Assembly (NCBI GenBank): GCA_949451605.1
Contig: CASTSB010000002.1
Location: 116,771-180,770 of the forward strand
Length of the DNA: 64,000 nt
Direction of reading: 5' to 3'
Source of the DNA: an uncultured Bacilli bacterium
Lineage (GTDB): Bacteria; Bacillota_I; Bacilli_A; RF39; UBA660
The position numbers and the translations under genes are program-made. Under the pieces are notes generated by a model that ran no database searches, was not told the DNA's origin, and worked only from the letters and a program-made list of their open reading frames with translations. Below are positions 32,527 to 42,515 of this stretch, in pieces. Numbering within the stretch: the stretch's first letter is position 1; every line of letters begins with the position of its first letter.

Positions 32527-32542
32527 ATAAGGAGGTAATAAT

Positions 32543-32773
32543 ATGTTAGATACACTTACATCTTCATCAACAGCACTTTCTATATTAGAGGCAGTAGATA
32601 ATGAAGATTACACAACAGCAAGCTCATTAAGTGCAAGTTTGTCAACAGCCTTATCATCAATTTCACCAATTCATATTTATATATGCGATGCTTATATAGA
32701 TTCATTATCTAATAATGAATTAGCATCTCTTGAAGAAAAGACAGAAGCTAAAGTATTGACACTTAAGAAGTAA
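32543..32773 (+). CDS. small Ser/Thr-rich protein with conserved C-terminal AY[IV][DE]SLS..EL..L motif (paralog 1)
   Basis: RBS aaggaggt upstream. Shares the C-terminal motif AYIDSLSNNELASLEE with ORFs at 33598 and 33922. Confidence 0.5.
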   Translation: MLDTLTSSSTALSILEAVDNEDYTTASSLSASLSTALSSISPIHIYICDAYIDSLSNNELASLEEKTEAKVLTLKK

Positions 32774-32843
32774 CCGTAAGGTTGCTTTTTTTATGCAATT
32801 ATGTTATAATAGGCCCGTTAAAAGTTATAAGGGGTTATGGTAA

Positions 32844-33614
32844 ATGAAAGAAGATAAATTAGCTATAAAAAAGAAAATTAAATTATATGAAAAACTAGGA
32901 GCAAGAAACTTTCAATCCTTTGTTTTCAAAATAGAAGATATTAAATGGAAAGTTATAAAAAAAGTGTTTCCTAACTATCTTAAATTTGTTGATAAAATGA
33001 TTGATAAAAAGACTATTAAATTCCTCAAACGAGCCAAAACGGAAGACATAAAAGATAAAATTAAAATGATTACTAAAATAGAAAAAATGAAGTCAAGAAA
33101 AGAATATAATAGAACTGAAAATATTAATTATCATATAAGTAAAAGTAATCCAACAGATTTTCTATATTATTTAAACTGGAACAAATCTATTCATAAAAAA
33201 GGACTAATAAAGGATTTAATCTTACTACCAATTACAATAATAGCTATAACAAATAGTGCTGCAATAGCAATACCATTAGTAATCTATAACTTAAGCAGTT
33301 TATTCATTAATTTTCAATGTATAAACTTACAAAATTATAATATTTCTAGAATTTCTTTAATAAAAGAAAAACTTGAAAAACAAGAAAAGAAAAAAATTGA
33401 GAATGACATATCCAATTATGGTGATGCTATTAATTTAGTAAGTAATACTATAAAAGATAAAGAAAATATCCCTACAATCGAAGATATAGTAAATAATATC
33501 AAAACAAAAGCGCAGGCTGAACAATTAAAGCAACTTATTTTAAGAGAAAAACTAGAAAGAGAAAATAATAAAAAAAATATAAAAGGAGGAAAACAATATG
33601 GCATTAATAGATAA
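32844..33614 (+). CDS. membrane protein, possibly glycosyl-4,4'-diaponeurosporenoate acyltransferase-like family
   Basis: 256 aa. N-terminal K.KLYEKLGARNFQSFVFKIEDIKWKVIKK resembles that family. One or two predicted TM helices. The assignment is tentative. Confidence 0.4.
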   Translation: MKEDKLAIKKKIKLYEKLGARNFQSFVFKIEDIKWKVIKKVFPNYLKFVDKMIDKKTIKFLKRAKTEDIKDKIKMITKIEKMKSRKEYNRTENINYHISKSNPTDFLYYLNWNKSIHKKGLIKDLILLPITIIAITNSAAIAIPLVIYNLSSLFINFQCINLQNYNISRISLIKEKLEKQEKKKIENDISNYGDAINLVSNTIKDKENIPTIEDIVNNIKTKAQAEQLKQLILREKLERENNKKNIKGGKQYGINR

Positions 33615-33912
33615 TATAGCATTATATTTTGCAGGAACAACACTTACAGGTAGTGCTGTAAAAGCAATATCTTATATATCAGAGGATAATGAGCCACATC
33701 CAGATAGGGTTAAGAAAGTGGGAATAACAACAACAGTAACAGGAGCAACATTAACAACAATTGCATCTCACTCATTCACAAGACATGCAAGCTATAATGA
33801 AACACATGCTTATATTGAATCATTAAGTGATGAAGAGTTGGCATCCCTATCAGAAATGTTAGAAATAAATGATAATAATATTGATACTGGCAAAAAAGTA
33901 AAAAGATTATAG
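33598..33912 (+). CDS. small protein, paralog 2 (C-terminal AYIESLSDEELASLSE motif)
   Basis: RBS aaaggagga upstream. Carries the conserved C-terminal motif. Confidence 0.5.
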   Translation: MALIDNIALYFAGTTLTGSAVKAISYISEDNEPHPDRVKKVGITTTVTGATLTTIASHSFTRHASYNETHAYIESLSDEELASLSEMLEINDNNIDTGKKVKRL

Positions 33913-33921
33913 GAGATAATT

Positions 33922-34233
33922 ATGGAAGAATTATTTACACTAGGGTTTGCATTATCAAATACATTTGCTGCAGAGGCAATTTTAATTGAACCAGATGATG
34001 AACTAAATGATCATATTCCTATGATTTCTACAATATTTACAGTTGCTAGCATAGACATTACTGTAATAGGTAAGGAATTTATTATTCCTGAAGTTCAAAA
34101 AATGAAAGCAACTTCAGCTTATGTAGAGTCTCTTAGTGATGAGCAATTAACCACTTTATCTGACGTTTTAAACTCAAAAAGCTTACAACTTGAAAATGAT
34201 AATCCTAAAATACTATCTAAAAAGTTAAAATAG
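33922..34233 (+). CDS. small protein, paralog 3 (C-terminal AYVESLSDEQLTTLSD motif)
   Basis: RBS taggag upstream. Carries the conserved C-terminal motif. Confidence 0.5.
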   Translation: MEELFTLGFALSNTFAAEAILIEPDDELNDHIPMISTIFTVASIDITVIGKEFIIPEVQKMKATSAYVESLSDEQLTTLSDVLNSKSLQLENDNPKILSKKLK

Positions 34234-34254
34234 TTGAAAATAAACAAAAAAGTA

Positions 34255-34283
34255 TTGATTTTTAAAGTAATATTTAGTATAAT
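34255..34283 (+). promoter_or_regulatory. sigmaA-type promoter for rplM-rpsI, followed by a 5' leader
   Basis: TTGATT, 17-nt spacer, TATAAT. An ~80-nt leader (34284-34363) precedes rplM. Confidence 0.55.
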
Positions 34284-34363
34284 TTAAATCGGTACATTCG
34301 AACATCCCCACATAAATTAAACCCTGGGAAAGTTTAATTTAATAGGATTAAGGAGAAAAAAAT

Positions 34364-34795
34364 ATGAATAGTTATATGCAAAAAAAAGAAACTGTAGAAC
34401 GTAAATGGTATGTTATCGATGCTGAAGGAAAATCTTTAGGTCGTGTTGCATCACTTGCAGCTACATACTTACGTGGAAAAAACAAACCAACTTATACTCC
34501 ACATATTGATTGCGGAGATAACATCATTATTATTAATGCTAAAAAAGTTAACTTAACTGGTAACAAATTAAATGATAAGATGTATTATAATCACTCAATG
34601 TATACTGGCGGATTAAGAGAAAGAAACGCTAAAACAATGAGAGAAGAATATCCAGAAGAAATGATGGAAAGAGCTGTAAAAGGTATGCTTCCACATAATA
34701 GACTTGGAAGACAAATGTACAAAAAATTATTTGTATATGCAGGAAATGAACATAAACATGAAGCACAAAAACCAGAAGTGCTTGAAGTTAAGTAG
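34364..34795 (+). CDS. rplM: 50S ribosomal protein L13
   Basis: [19 protein letters not shown] matches L13. Confidence 0.93.
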   Translation: MNSYMQKKETVERKWYVIDAEGKSLGRVASLAATYLRGKNKPTYTPHIDCGDNIIIINAKKVNLTGNKLNDKMYYNHSMYTGGLRERNAKTMREEYPEEMMERAVKGMLPHNRLGRQMYKKLFVYAGNEHKHEAQKPEVLEVK

Positions 34796-34808
34796 GAGGG
34801 TTTAAGTT

Positions 34809-35228
34809 ATGGCAAAAGAAAAAAAATATACTGGAACTGGACATAGAAAAACAAGTGTTGCTCGTGTAACATTAACTCCAGGTACTGGAAAAATTACTGT
34901 TAATGGACAAGACGTTCATGATTACTTACCTTTCGAAGTATTAGTTATGGATTTATGTCAACCATTAGATATCACTAACACTAGAGAAATGTTTGATGTT
35001 GATGCTAAAGTTAGTGGTGGTGGATTCCAAGGACAAACAGGAGCTATTAGATTAGGTATCACTAGAGCTTTATTAGCTTATGATGCTTCAACTCCTGCAG
35101 ATTCTGAAAATAGCTATAGAAAAGTTCTTAAAGCAGCTGGATTTATAACTAGAGATTCACGTAAGAAAGAACGTAAGAAACCAGGATTAAAGAAAGCACG
35201 TCGTGCTCCACAATTCTCAAAACGTTAA
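34809..35228 (+). CDS. rpsI: 30S ribosomal protein S9
   Basis: The C-terminus [12 protein letters not shown] matches S9. Confidence 0.93.
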   Translation: MAKEKKYTGTGHRKTSVARVTLTPGTGKITVNGQDVHDYLPFEVLVMDLCQPLDITNTREMFDVDAKVSGGGFQGQTGAIRLGITRALLAYDASTPADSENSYRKVLKAAGFITRDSRKKERKKPGLKKARRAPQFSKR

Positions 35229-35247
35229 TTATACAGTTTCAAAAATC

Positions 35248-35278
35248 AAAGATCGAAATTATCGATCTTTTTTTTGTT
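35248..35278 (+). terminator. rho-independent terminator
   Basis: aaagatcga-aatta-tcgatcttt hairpin followed by tttttt. Confidence 0.65.
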
Positions 35279-35344
35279 TTTAAATAGTAAAAGGTATTGT
35301 ATAATAAATATAATAAATAAATTTTGAAAGCGAAATAGAAATAT

Positions 35345-35596
35345 ATGGAAGATACTTTGATCAAGAATATTGAAAAAATACATACTACAAAAATGGGAAT
35401 AGAACGAATCAAAAGGAATCTTAACTTACAAACTAATGGCGTAGTAGAATATTGTAAAGAAAAAATACTAAATAAAAATTGTAAAATATATAAAGAAGGT
35501 AAAAATTGGTATTGTGAAATAGATAATATAAAGATAACAGTTAATTCTTATAGCTATACTATTATTACTGCACATCTATTAACAAAGGAGAATTAA
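35345..35596 (+). CDS. DUF3781-like small protein
   Basis: KIHTTKMGIERIKRNLNL...KNWYCE resembles DUF3781 family members. Confidence 0.45.
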   Translation: MEDTLIKNIEKIHTTKMGIERIKRNLNLQTNGVVEYCKEKILNKNCKIYKEGKNWYCEIDNIKITVNSYSYTIITAHLLTKEN

Positions 35597-35598
35597 AA

Positions 35599-36024
35599 AT
35601 GAAAAATGTTTTATCATCTTTAATTTTATATATAATAGCGTACACTGTTGTAACAATTATAGGAATGTTACATACTATTTTTAATATCGTAGTTTTAAAA
35701 ATGAAATCAATGAAAGATAGCACAGGAATGGGAGAAGGTTATGAAAAGACTAAACCTTGGCATCCATTGTATAATATAATAATATTTCCTCTATTTGCAT
35801 TTCTATATTTAAATGGATTAGAAGGCTTAGTCTTAGCTAATGTAATAGCATTATCACTATTATGGGGAACAATAACCATAATTATAGATTTAATTGGCTG
35901 GGTCTTAATAAAACATCCTTGGTCATTAACATTTAAAGAATTTTATGTCGATTATCAACCTTGGATAACACTAATATATCTAACAATATATGCAAGTCCA
36001 TTTATAGCTTACTTTTTTATTTAA
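35599..36024 (+). CDS. hypothetical membrane protein (about 4 TM)
   Basis: Hydrophobic segments are present. No recognisable motif. Confidence 0.45.
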   Translation: MKNVLSSLILYIIAYTVVTIIGMLHTIFNIVVLKMKSMKDSTGMGEGYEKTKPWHPLYNIIIFPLFAFLYLNGLEGLVLANVIALSLLWGTITIIIDLIGWVLIKHPWSLTFKEFYVDYQPWITLIYLTIYASPFIAYFFI

Positions 36025-36103
36025 AGATTAAATCATTGTTTAACAATGATTTTTTTTGTCTCTATTTAAGGTTATAAAGAATAAAATATTACAAGGAGGT
36101 TTT

Positions 36104-36442
36104 ATGTTAAGTTTAAGTTATTTAAAAGAATATATAATGGTTTCAATCGCATTAAGTACAGTAACATGTGCATTTATTCAAAAGACAAAAGGTTTAATTA
36201 AACCAAAATCTTTAATTATTTGGTACTCATTTTTTGTAAATATTTTATTTAGTATAATCTTTTGCCAATCATTTACCAAAATTAATTTTCCTGATAGCTT
36301 ATGGACAGGATTGTTTTCCTTCATAGGCGCAGATACTTTATATAAATCTCTTGAAGGTAAATTATCATCTTATACTGAAATAAGAAGCTCAAAAGAAGTA
36401 GGTATAAAAAAGGAAAATATTCTTAATAAAAAGGAGGGTTAA
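36104..36442 (+). CDS. small membrane protein (holin-like topology)
   Basis: 113 aa from ATG 36104, which follows RBS aaggagg. Two or three TM segments followed by a charged C-terminus. Confidence 0.4.
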   Translation: MLSLSYLKEYIMVSIALSTVTCAFIQKTKGLIKPKSLIIWYSFFVNILFSIIFCQSFTKINFPDSLWTGLFSFIGADTLYKSLEGKLSSYTEIRSSKEVGIKKENILNKKEG

Positions 36443-36443
36443 A

Positions 36444-37127
36444 ATGGAAAAGCCAATTTTTCCTAGTAAATATATGAGGATTACTCAAGGGTATGATGAA
36501 GGTACTCATAAATCATCTTTTGCAATAGACAATGCAGATAAAGATTCAGGCATTAGTGATATATACGCTCCATTTACTGGAATTATTAAAAAGATTTACC
36601 AAAATGATGCTAACGAAGTATGGCTAGAAAGTCTTGAAAAAGTTGAATATCCAGATGGAACTAAAGATTATATGACAATTTTATTTGCTCATAATAATGA
36701 CGTTTCTAACTTATTTGTAGGTAAAAAAATAAATCAAAATGAAGCATTTTATAAAGAGGGTACTAAAGGTAATGCTAGCGGAAATCATTGTCATATAGAA
36801 TGTGGACAAGGTAAATTTAATGGAACTGGCTGGCATAAGAATGCGGCAGGATATTACAGTATAAATAATAGTAAAAGACCAGAAGAATGTTTATGGTTAG
36901 ATGATTCTATAAAGATTTTAGATAGTCACAATTATAGTTGGAAAAGAATAGAAAAATCCACAGAACCTGTGGAAAAAGAAGAAAAACCACCTGTTAAAGA
37001 AGAAGATAATAAAAATCCAGAAAAAGATGAAGAAAAAGAGTATCCAAAAAAATTTAAATATGTTTGTGAAAAAGATGATCTTTATGGAATTTATTTAAAA
37101 AAAGGTGAAACTTTGTATTTAGAATAG
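36444..37127 (+). CDS. M23-like metallopeptidase-domain protein without signal peptide, with Lys/Glu-rich C-terminal tail
   Basis: GNASGNHCHIE matches the M23 motif-2 pattern (compare LytM GNSTAPHVHFQ). Upstream THKSSFAIDNAD may be a divergent HxxxD. No N-terminal hydrophobic segment. Confidence 0.4.
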   Translation: MEKPIFPSKYMRITQGYDEGTHKSSFAIDNADKDSGISDIYAPFTGIIKKIYQNDANEVWLESLEKVEYPDGTKDYMTILFAHNNDVSNLFVGKKINQNEAFYKEGTKGNASGNHCHIECGQGKFNGTGWHKNAAGYYSINNSKRPEECLWLDDSIKILDSHNYSWKRIEKSTEPVEKEEKPPVKEEDNKNPEKDEEKEYPKKFKYVCEKDDLYGIYLKKGETLYLE

Positions 37128-37200
37128 TTTAAATATATTGTAAAAAATATAAAAAAAAGATATAATTACCTTAGAATAGATAAACTGGGGTGATTTACAT

Positions 37201-40200
37201 ATGATAGTCAGGCTAATTAAAAAAAGTAAAATTATAAATTTTAATTTACCTACTACTGTATCAGGTAATTATTGGATTACCGATACTGACTATTTAGGAA
37301 ACACCAGAAATCTTATAAATGTAGAAGAATCCGATGGCAAATGGAAAATAAAAAGTGATTTTGAAACTAAAATAATGGCTGGTTCTAGAGAAATAGAATC
37401 AGCATTTCTTAGTGATTATAGTATGTTCTTTTTAAAAATAAATACAGATAACGAATATGTAATTTTATATTGCTCCCCTAATGCGGATAAAAGCATCACC
37501 ACTTTACAAGCAAGTGATAATACAGATTACATAATAGGTAATGATGGAAAGGCCTCAATCAGTTATTTAAACCCTTTAGTATCAAAACAACATGCTAAGT
37601 TAACTCTATCAAATGGTGTATGGTCCATTTTAGATTTAAGTAGCAAATATGGTACTTATGTTAATAATAATGCTGTATTACAACAAACTTTAGAGTTTGG
37701 TGATATAATTTTCATTTTAGGTTTAAGAATTATTATTATGAATAAAACTATAATAATAAATAATATAGGTAATTATGTTTCATTTGATTCAAGTGTTTTT
37801 AAGAAAATGATGCCTATTGTTCAAAAACAAACTTCACAAGATAATCCAGATGAAGAACAAATCGAATTTTTTAAAGAAGATGATTATTTTTATCGTGCAC
37901 CAAGATTTAAAACTAAGATAGAAGATGTTGATATAACTATAGATCCACCTCCAGGTAAGGAAGCAGAAGATGATACTCCAGCTATTTTATCAGTAGGTCC
38001 AATGCTTACAATGGGAATGGTTTCAGGATCAACTGCATTTACCACACTAAATAGCGTTCTAAATGGTAGTATGGATCTTAGCAATGCATATCCAAGTCTT
38101 TTAATGTCAGGTGGAATGCTTGCAACAATGCTTTTGTGGCCAATAATTAATAAAAAATATCAAGCATATAGACATAAGAAAAAAGAAGAATTAAGGCAAT
38201 CAAAATATACAGAATACATTGAGGAAAAAAGATTAAAAATACAATCAGAAATGAAGATTCAAAGACAAATTTTAATCGACAATTATCTTCCAGTTACGCA
38301 AACTAAAGAAATAATTTATAGTAAAAAAAGAAACTTATGGGAACGTGAGTTAGATCAAGATGATTTTTTAGATTTACGATTAGGAATAGGTTCTACTAAT
38401 TTAAAAGGTAAGATAAATTTTCCACAATCACATTTTGCTTTAGAAACTGATAATCTATTAGAACAAGTTTACAAATTAGGTGCAGAATCAACTATGCTTG
38501 AAAATGTACCTATATCTCTTTCCTTCTTAAAAAATAGAATCACAGCTATTATTGGGTCAGCAAGTATAAAAAATCAATTTATAGATGCTTTAGTACTACA
38601 GATGATTACATATCATAGTTACGAAGATTTAAAAATTGTAATAATGACTGATGAAAAAAACGAAAATCGTTGGGAATACTTAAAAATAGTTCCTCATTGT
38701 TGGAATAATGAGAAACAACAAAGATATTTTGTAACAAATTTAGATGAAGCAAAAGAGCTTTCACTTGCCCTAGAGCAACAGATTCAAGCAAGAAGAAATA
38801 AGGAAACAAATGGAAAAATAGAAAAATCTACATTAGATTATCATCATTACAAACCTTACTACATGATAATAACAGATAATTATAAAATGTATCGTGATGT
38901 TGAATTAATTAAAGATATTGCTGAAATGGATATAAACTATGGATTTAGTTTAATGGTGGTAAGTCCAAGATTAATAAATATTCCTAATGAATGTAAAACT
39001 TTTATTAGTATTGGAGATAAAAAGTCAGGAATATTTGAAAATGAATTAGTTTCTAATAAGCAAAAGGAATTTGCTGCTGATTATGATCCAACATTGAACA
39101 TGTATGAATGCTGTAAAATATTAGCTAATATTCCTATTGATATTGCAAAAGAAGATCAAAATTTACCAGCTAGTTTGTCATTTTTGGAAATGTATAACGT
39201 TGGAATGGTAGAACAATTAAATATTCAAAATAGATGGAAAACAAATGACCCAACTAAATCTCTTCAAGCACCTGTTGGTCTTGATAGGCAACATGAACTA
39301 TTCAAACTAGATCTTCATGAAAAATTTCATGGACCACATGGTTTAGTAGCAGGTATGACTGGTTCAGGTAAATCTGAATTTATAATTAGTTACATAGTTT
39401 CTATGGCTATAAACTATCACCCTTATGAAGTATCATTTGTTTTAATTGACTATAAAGGTGGAGGATTAGCAGGAGTATTTCAAAATAAAGAAACTGGAAT
39501 GAAACTTCCACATCTTGCAGGTACTATTACCAATTTAGATACTGTTGAAATGAATCGATCTTTAGCGTCTATTCAAAGTGAGTTAAGAAAACGTCAAAGA
39601 ATTTTTAATGAGGCAAGAGACAAATTAAATGAAAGTACAATTGATATTTATAAATATCAAGGATTATATAGAAAAGGTTTAGTAGATAAACCAGTTTCTC
39701 ATTTATTTATTATTTCTGATGAATTTGCAGAATTAAAAGCTCAAAGACCTGAGTTTATGGATCAACTTATTTCTACTGCACGTATCGGACGTTCTTTAGG
39801 TGTTCACTTAATCCTTGCCACTCAAAAACCAAATGGAGTAGTAAACGATCAAATTTGGTCTAATACTAAATTTAGAGTCTGTTTAAAAGTTCAAGATAAA
39901 TCTGACAGTATGGATATGATAAAAGTTCCAGATGCAGCTTCTTTAAAAAACCCAGGAAGATTTTATTTACAAGTAGGTTACAATGAATTATTTGCACTAG
40001 GACAAGCCGCTTGGGCTGGAGCACAATACTTTCCAACAGAAAAAAGAAAGAAAAAAATTGATCAGTCTATAAGTATCTTAGATAATATAGGTAATACAAT
40101 TAAGTCTTTAGATACTAAACAAAATGAAGTAACAGTTGAATCCAAAGGTGAAGAAATAACTAATATTGTAAAATACATTGTTAATGAAGCTAGTATTGCT

Positions 40201-41787
40201 AATATCTCTATTGACCAATTATGGCTTGATAGAATCCCAGACATCATATTTGTTGAGAATTTAAGAAAAAAATATAATTATGTAATTGAAAAGAATAATA
40301 TAAATCCAATTATAGGAGAATATGATGATCCTGATAATCAAAGACAAGCTCTATTAACATTACCTCTATCAAAAGAGGGAAATACCATCATATTTGGTTC
40401 AGCTGGTAGTGGAAAAGAACTAATGATATCAAGTATTATATATTCAACTATCACAACACATGATTCAAGTGAAGTTAATTTTTATATAATAGACTGTGGA
40501 GCAGAAACTTTATCAGTATTTAAACAAGCCCCACATGTCGGAGAAATATTACTAGTAAATGAAAAAGAAAAAATAGAAAATTTATTTAAAATGATTCTTC
40601 AAACTATTGAAGTTAGAAAAAAAATCTTAGTTGATTACAATGGTTCATATGACTTTTATGTTAATCATGGAGGAAAGGATATGCCTCTTCTTACAATAGT
40701 AATTAATAATGCAGAAGCTTTTTTTGAAAATTATAATGACTATGAAGATGCTATTTCTCAACTAACCAGAGACTGTTTAAAATATGGAGTTATCTTTATT
40801 TTAAGTACAAATGGTCCAAATACATTAAGATACAAAGTAAAACAAAACTTTAGTCAAAATGTTGTTTTACAATTCAATGATCCTTCAGACTATATTTCTG
40901 TAATACCTGGTGTAAGAAAGAAAGAGCCATCTAAAATCTTTGGTAGAGGATTAATGCTTTTAGATAATATTTATGAATTTCAAACTGCTTATCCATATAA
41001 ACAAGATTTAATGACTGATTATATAAAAATAGTTTGTAAAAAGCTTAAAAATATATGTAGTTACCAAGCTAAAAAGATTCCAGTTTTACCTGAAGTCGTA
41101 ACTCTTAATGAAGTAGAAGAATATCTTGGTAATGAAACAACTCTACCAGTTGGTATAGAAAAAGAATCTTTAGATATTTCAACTATTAACTTAAATGAAA
41201 ATATTATGTTTAATATAACAGGAGAAGACATAACTGCAGAACCTGATTTCTTATTTGGAGTAATCAAGTCTGCTTGTAAAATAGCTTCTTCAAGTGTATT
41301 TGTGCTTGACACTCAAGATATTTTAGAAGATATTGATAAAGGTAATATTGATAATTTAGTTTATCAATCAGGAGATGTAAGTCAAGCTTTAGAATCTCTT
41401 GCAGTAACTATTAATACAAACATTGATAATGGTACTTCTAATCCTATAATATGTATGTTAATAGGGCCTATGAATTTTATGAATAAAGCTGAAGAAGCAC
41501 AAAAAAATCAATTCAATTCTATAGTTGAAGTCTCAACACAACAAACAAATATCAAATTTATTATGGTTGAAACAATTAATAACATCAAGACAATAGCCTT
41601 TGAACCATGGTACAAGAATAATACAGACCTATCAGAAGGTGTTTGGATTGGAAATGGAATAGGAAACCAATTTACTCTAAAAGTTACAACAGCCGCAAGA
41701 ATTTTACGAACAGAAATAGAACCAAACTTTGGTTACACTATTCATAAAGGTAAAGCGAAATTAATTAAACTAATTTCAGGAAAATAG
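37201..41787 (+). CDS. essC: type VII secretion system FtsK/SpoIIIE-family ATPase EssC/YukB-like
   Basis: 1528 aa. Two N-terminal FHA-like modules, two TM helices (about aa 255-315), and three P-loop ATPase domains (D1 Walker A GMTGSGKSE, D2 GSAGSGKE, a degenerate D3). Confidence 0.8.
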   Translation: MIVRLIKKSKIINFNLPTTVSGNYWITDTDYLGNTRNLINVEESDGKWKIKSDFETKIMAGSREIESAFLSDYSMFFLKINTDNEYVILYCSPNADKSITTLQASDNTDYIIGNDGKASISYLNPLVSKQHAKLTLSNGVWSILDLSSKYGTYVNNNAVLQQTLEFGDIIFILGLRIIIMNKTIIINNIGNYVSFDSSVFKKMMPIVQKQTSQDNPDEEQIEFFKEDDYFYRAPRFKTKIEDVDITIDPPPGKEAEDDTPAILSVGPMLTMGMVSGSTAFTTLNSVLNGSMDLSNAYPSLLMSGGMLATMLLWPIINKKYQAYRHKKKEELRQSKYTEYIEEKRLKIQSEMKIQRQILIDNYLPVTQTKEIIYSKKRNLWERELDQDDFLDLRLGIGSTNLKGKINFPQSHFALETDNLLEQVYKLGAESTMLENVPISLSFLKNRITAIIGSASIKNQFIDALVLQMITYHSYEDLKIVIMTDEKNENRWEYLKIVPHCWNNEKQQRYFVTNLDEAKELSLALEQQIQARRNKETNGKIEKSTLDYHHYKPYYMIITDNYKMYRDVELIKDIAEMDINYGFSLMVVSPRLINIPNECKTFISIGDKKSGIFENELVSNKQKEFAADYDPTLNMYECCKILANIPIDIAKEDQNLPASLSFLEMYNVGMVEQLNIQNRWKTNDPTKSLQAPVGLDRQHELFKLDLHEKFHGPHGLVAGMTGSGKSEFIISYIVSMAINYHPYEVSFVLIDYKGGGLAGVFQNKETGMKLPHLAGTITNLDTVEMNRSLASIQSELRKRQRIFNEARDKLNESTIDIYKYQGLYRKGLVDKPVSHLFIISDEFAELKAQRPEFMDQLISTARIGRSLGVHLILATQKPNGVVNDQIWSNTKFRVCLKVQDKSDSMDMIKVPDAASLKNPGRFYLQVGYNELFALGQAAWAGAQYFPTEKRKKKIDQSISILDNIGNTIKSLDTKQNEVTVESKGEEITNIVKYIVNEASIANISIDQLWLDRIPDIIFVENLRKKYNYVIEKNNINPIIGEYDDPDNQRQALLTLPLSKEGNTIIFGSAGSGKELMISSIIYSTITTHDSSEVNFYIIDCGAETLSVFKQAPHVGEILLVNEKEKIENLFKMILQTIEVRKKILVDYNGSYDFYVNHGGKDMPLLTIVINNAEAFFENYNDYEDAISQLTRDCLKYGVIFILSTNGPNTLRYKVKQNFSQNVVLQFNDPSDYISVIPGVRKKEPSKIFGRGLMLLDNIYEFQTAYPYKQDLMTDYIKIVCKKLKNICSYQAKKIPVLPEVVTLNEVEEYLGNETTLPVGIEKESLDISTINLNENIMFNITGEDITAEPDFLFGVIKSACKIASSSVFVLDTQDILEDIDKGNIDNLVYQSGDVSQALESLAVTINTNIDNGTSNPIICMLIGPMNFMNKAEEAQKNQFNSIVEVSTQQTNIKFIMVETINNIKTIAFEPWYKNNTDLSEGVWIGNGIGNQFTLKVTTAARILRTEIEPNFGYTIHKGKAKLIKLISGK

Positions 41788-41796
41788 GAGGTATAT

Positions 41797-42051
41797 ATGA
41801 ATAATAAAATATTAATAGAACTAGATATTCCTTTAATAGAAAAGTCTTATGATTTATACATTCCTATCAATAAAAAAGTCGGAACAATAAAAAAGTTAAT
41901 TGAAGAAGAATTAGTATCTCTAACAGAGGGTGCATACATTTTATCAGATTCTACTAATCTTTATAGTAAAGAAACAGGAGATATTTATGATATAAATAAA
42001 ACTGTTAGGGATACAGATTTAAAAAATGGTTCAAGAATTATTCTACTATAG
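41797..42051 (+). CDS. esaB: EsaB/YukD-like ubiquitin-fold T7SS protein
   Basis: 84 aa immediately downstream of essC. KILIELDIPL...YDLYIP...GSRIILL is a YukD-like pattern. Confidence 0.65.
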   Translation: MNNKILIELDIPLIEKSYDLYIPINKKVGTIKKLIEEELVSLTEGAYILSDSTNLYSKETGDIYDINKTVRDTDLKNGSRIILL

Positions 42052-42060
42052 GAGGTATTT

Positions 42061-42291
42061 ATGTCAGATTATAATAAATATGTTTTAGCAATCAATAAAA
42101 TATTTGAAGTATTAAATAACTGCAAACAAAAATGGAAAGACAATGATAATTTAACTAAAATTGCTGACTTAGAAGAATATCGCAATATAGTAATTAATGC
42201 AGCAAACTCTTTTTCTAATTCAAATAAATCTGAAAATATCACAGAGCAAGACGATATGAAACAAATAAATAATTTAGAAGGTGCAAAATGA
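42061..42291 (+). CDS. small helical protein (candidate T7SS-associated)
   Basis: 76 aa with RBS taggaggt upstream. No WXG motif. Confidence 0.4.
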   Translation: MSDYNKYVLAINKIFEVLNNCKQKWKDNDNLTKIADLEEYRNIVINAANSFSNSNKSENITEQDDMKQINNLEGAK

Positions 42292-42515
42292 TAGATCAAA
42301 TAAGCTATGATGAGATGGAAAGCTATTCAAAAGAACTTGAAGCAAGTGCAGATGCATTAAAAGCTTTAATAGAAGAAAAAGATTTAAAAGAATTAGAAAA
42401 TTTTGTTGATTCCGTATACAATTATTCAGAATATCTATCATCAACTGTAGAATTACATAAGACTGCAGATGAAGCACTAAACTATTTAGAAAGCAACAAA
42501 AGAACTTCCAATTAA
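42288..42515 (+). CDS. small helical protein (candidate T7SS-associated)
   Basis: 75 aa. Overlaps the upstream ORF by 4 nt (ATGA). Confidence 0.4.
   Translation: MIDQISYDEMESYSKELEASADALKALIEEKDLKELENFVDSVYNYSEYLSSTVELHKTADEALNYLESNKRTSN

Noticed and set aside
36104-37127. Holin-like membrane protein plus M23-like hydrolase as a definite prophage lysis cassette.
   Set aside because: No other phage genes (terminase, capsid, tail) are nearby. The pair sits in a co-directional block with essC and esaB, so a T7SS-associated role is at least as plausible. It is kept as an open alternative in the findings.
37201-41787. The FtsK/SpoIIIE-family giant ATPase as a conjugative coupling protein or a SpoIIIE/FtsK DNA translocase.
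   Set aside because: Two N-terminal FHA-like modules, two TM helices, three tandem P-loop domains and an adjacent YukD/EsaB-like ubiquitin-fold gene are the EssC/YukB signature. There is no relaxase, no VirB4, and no gamma domain.
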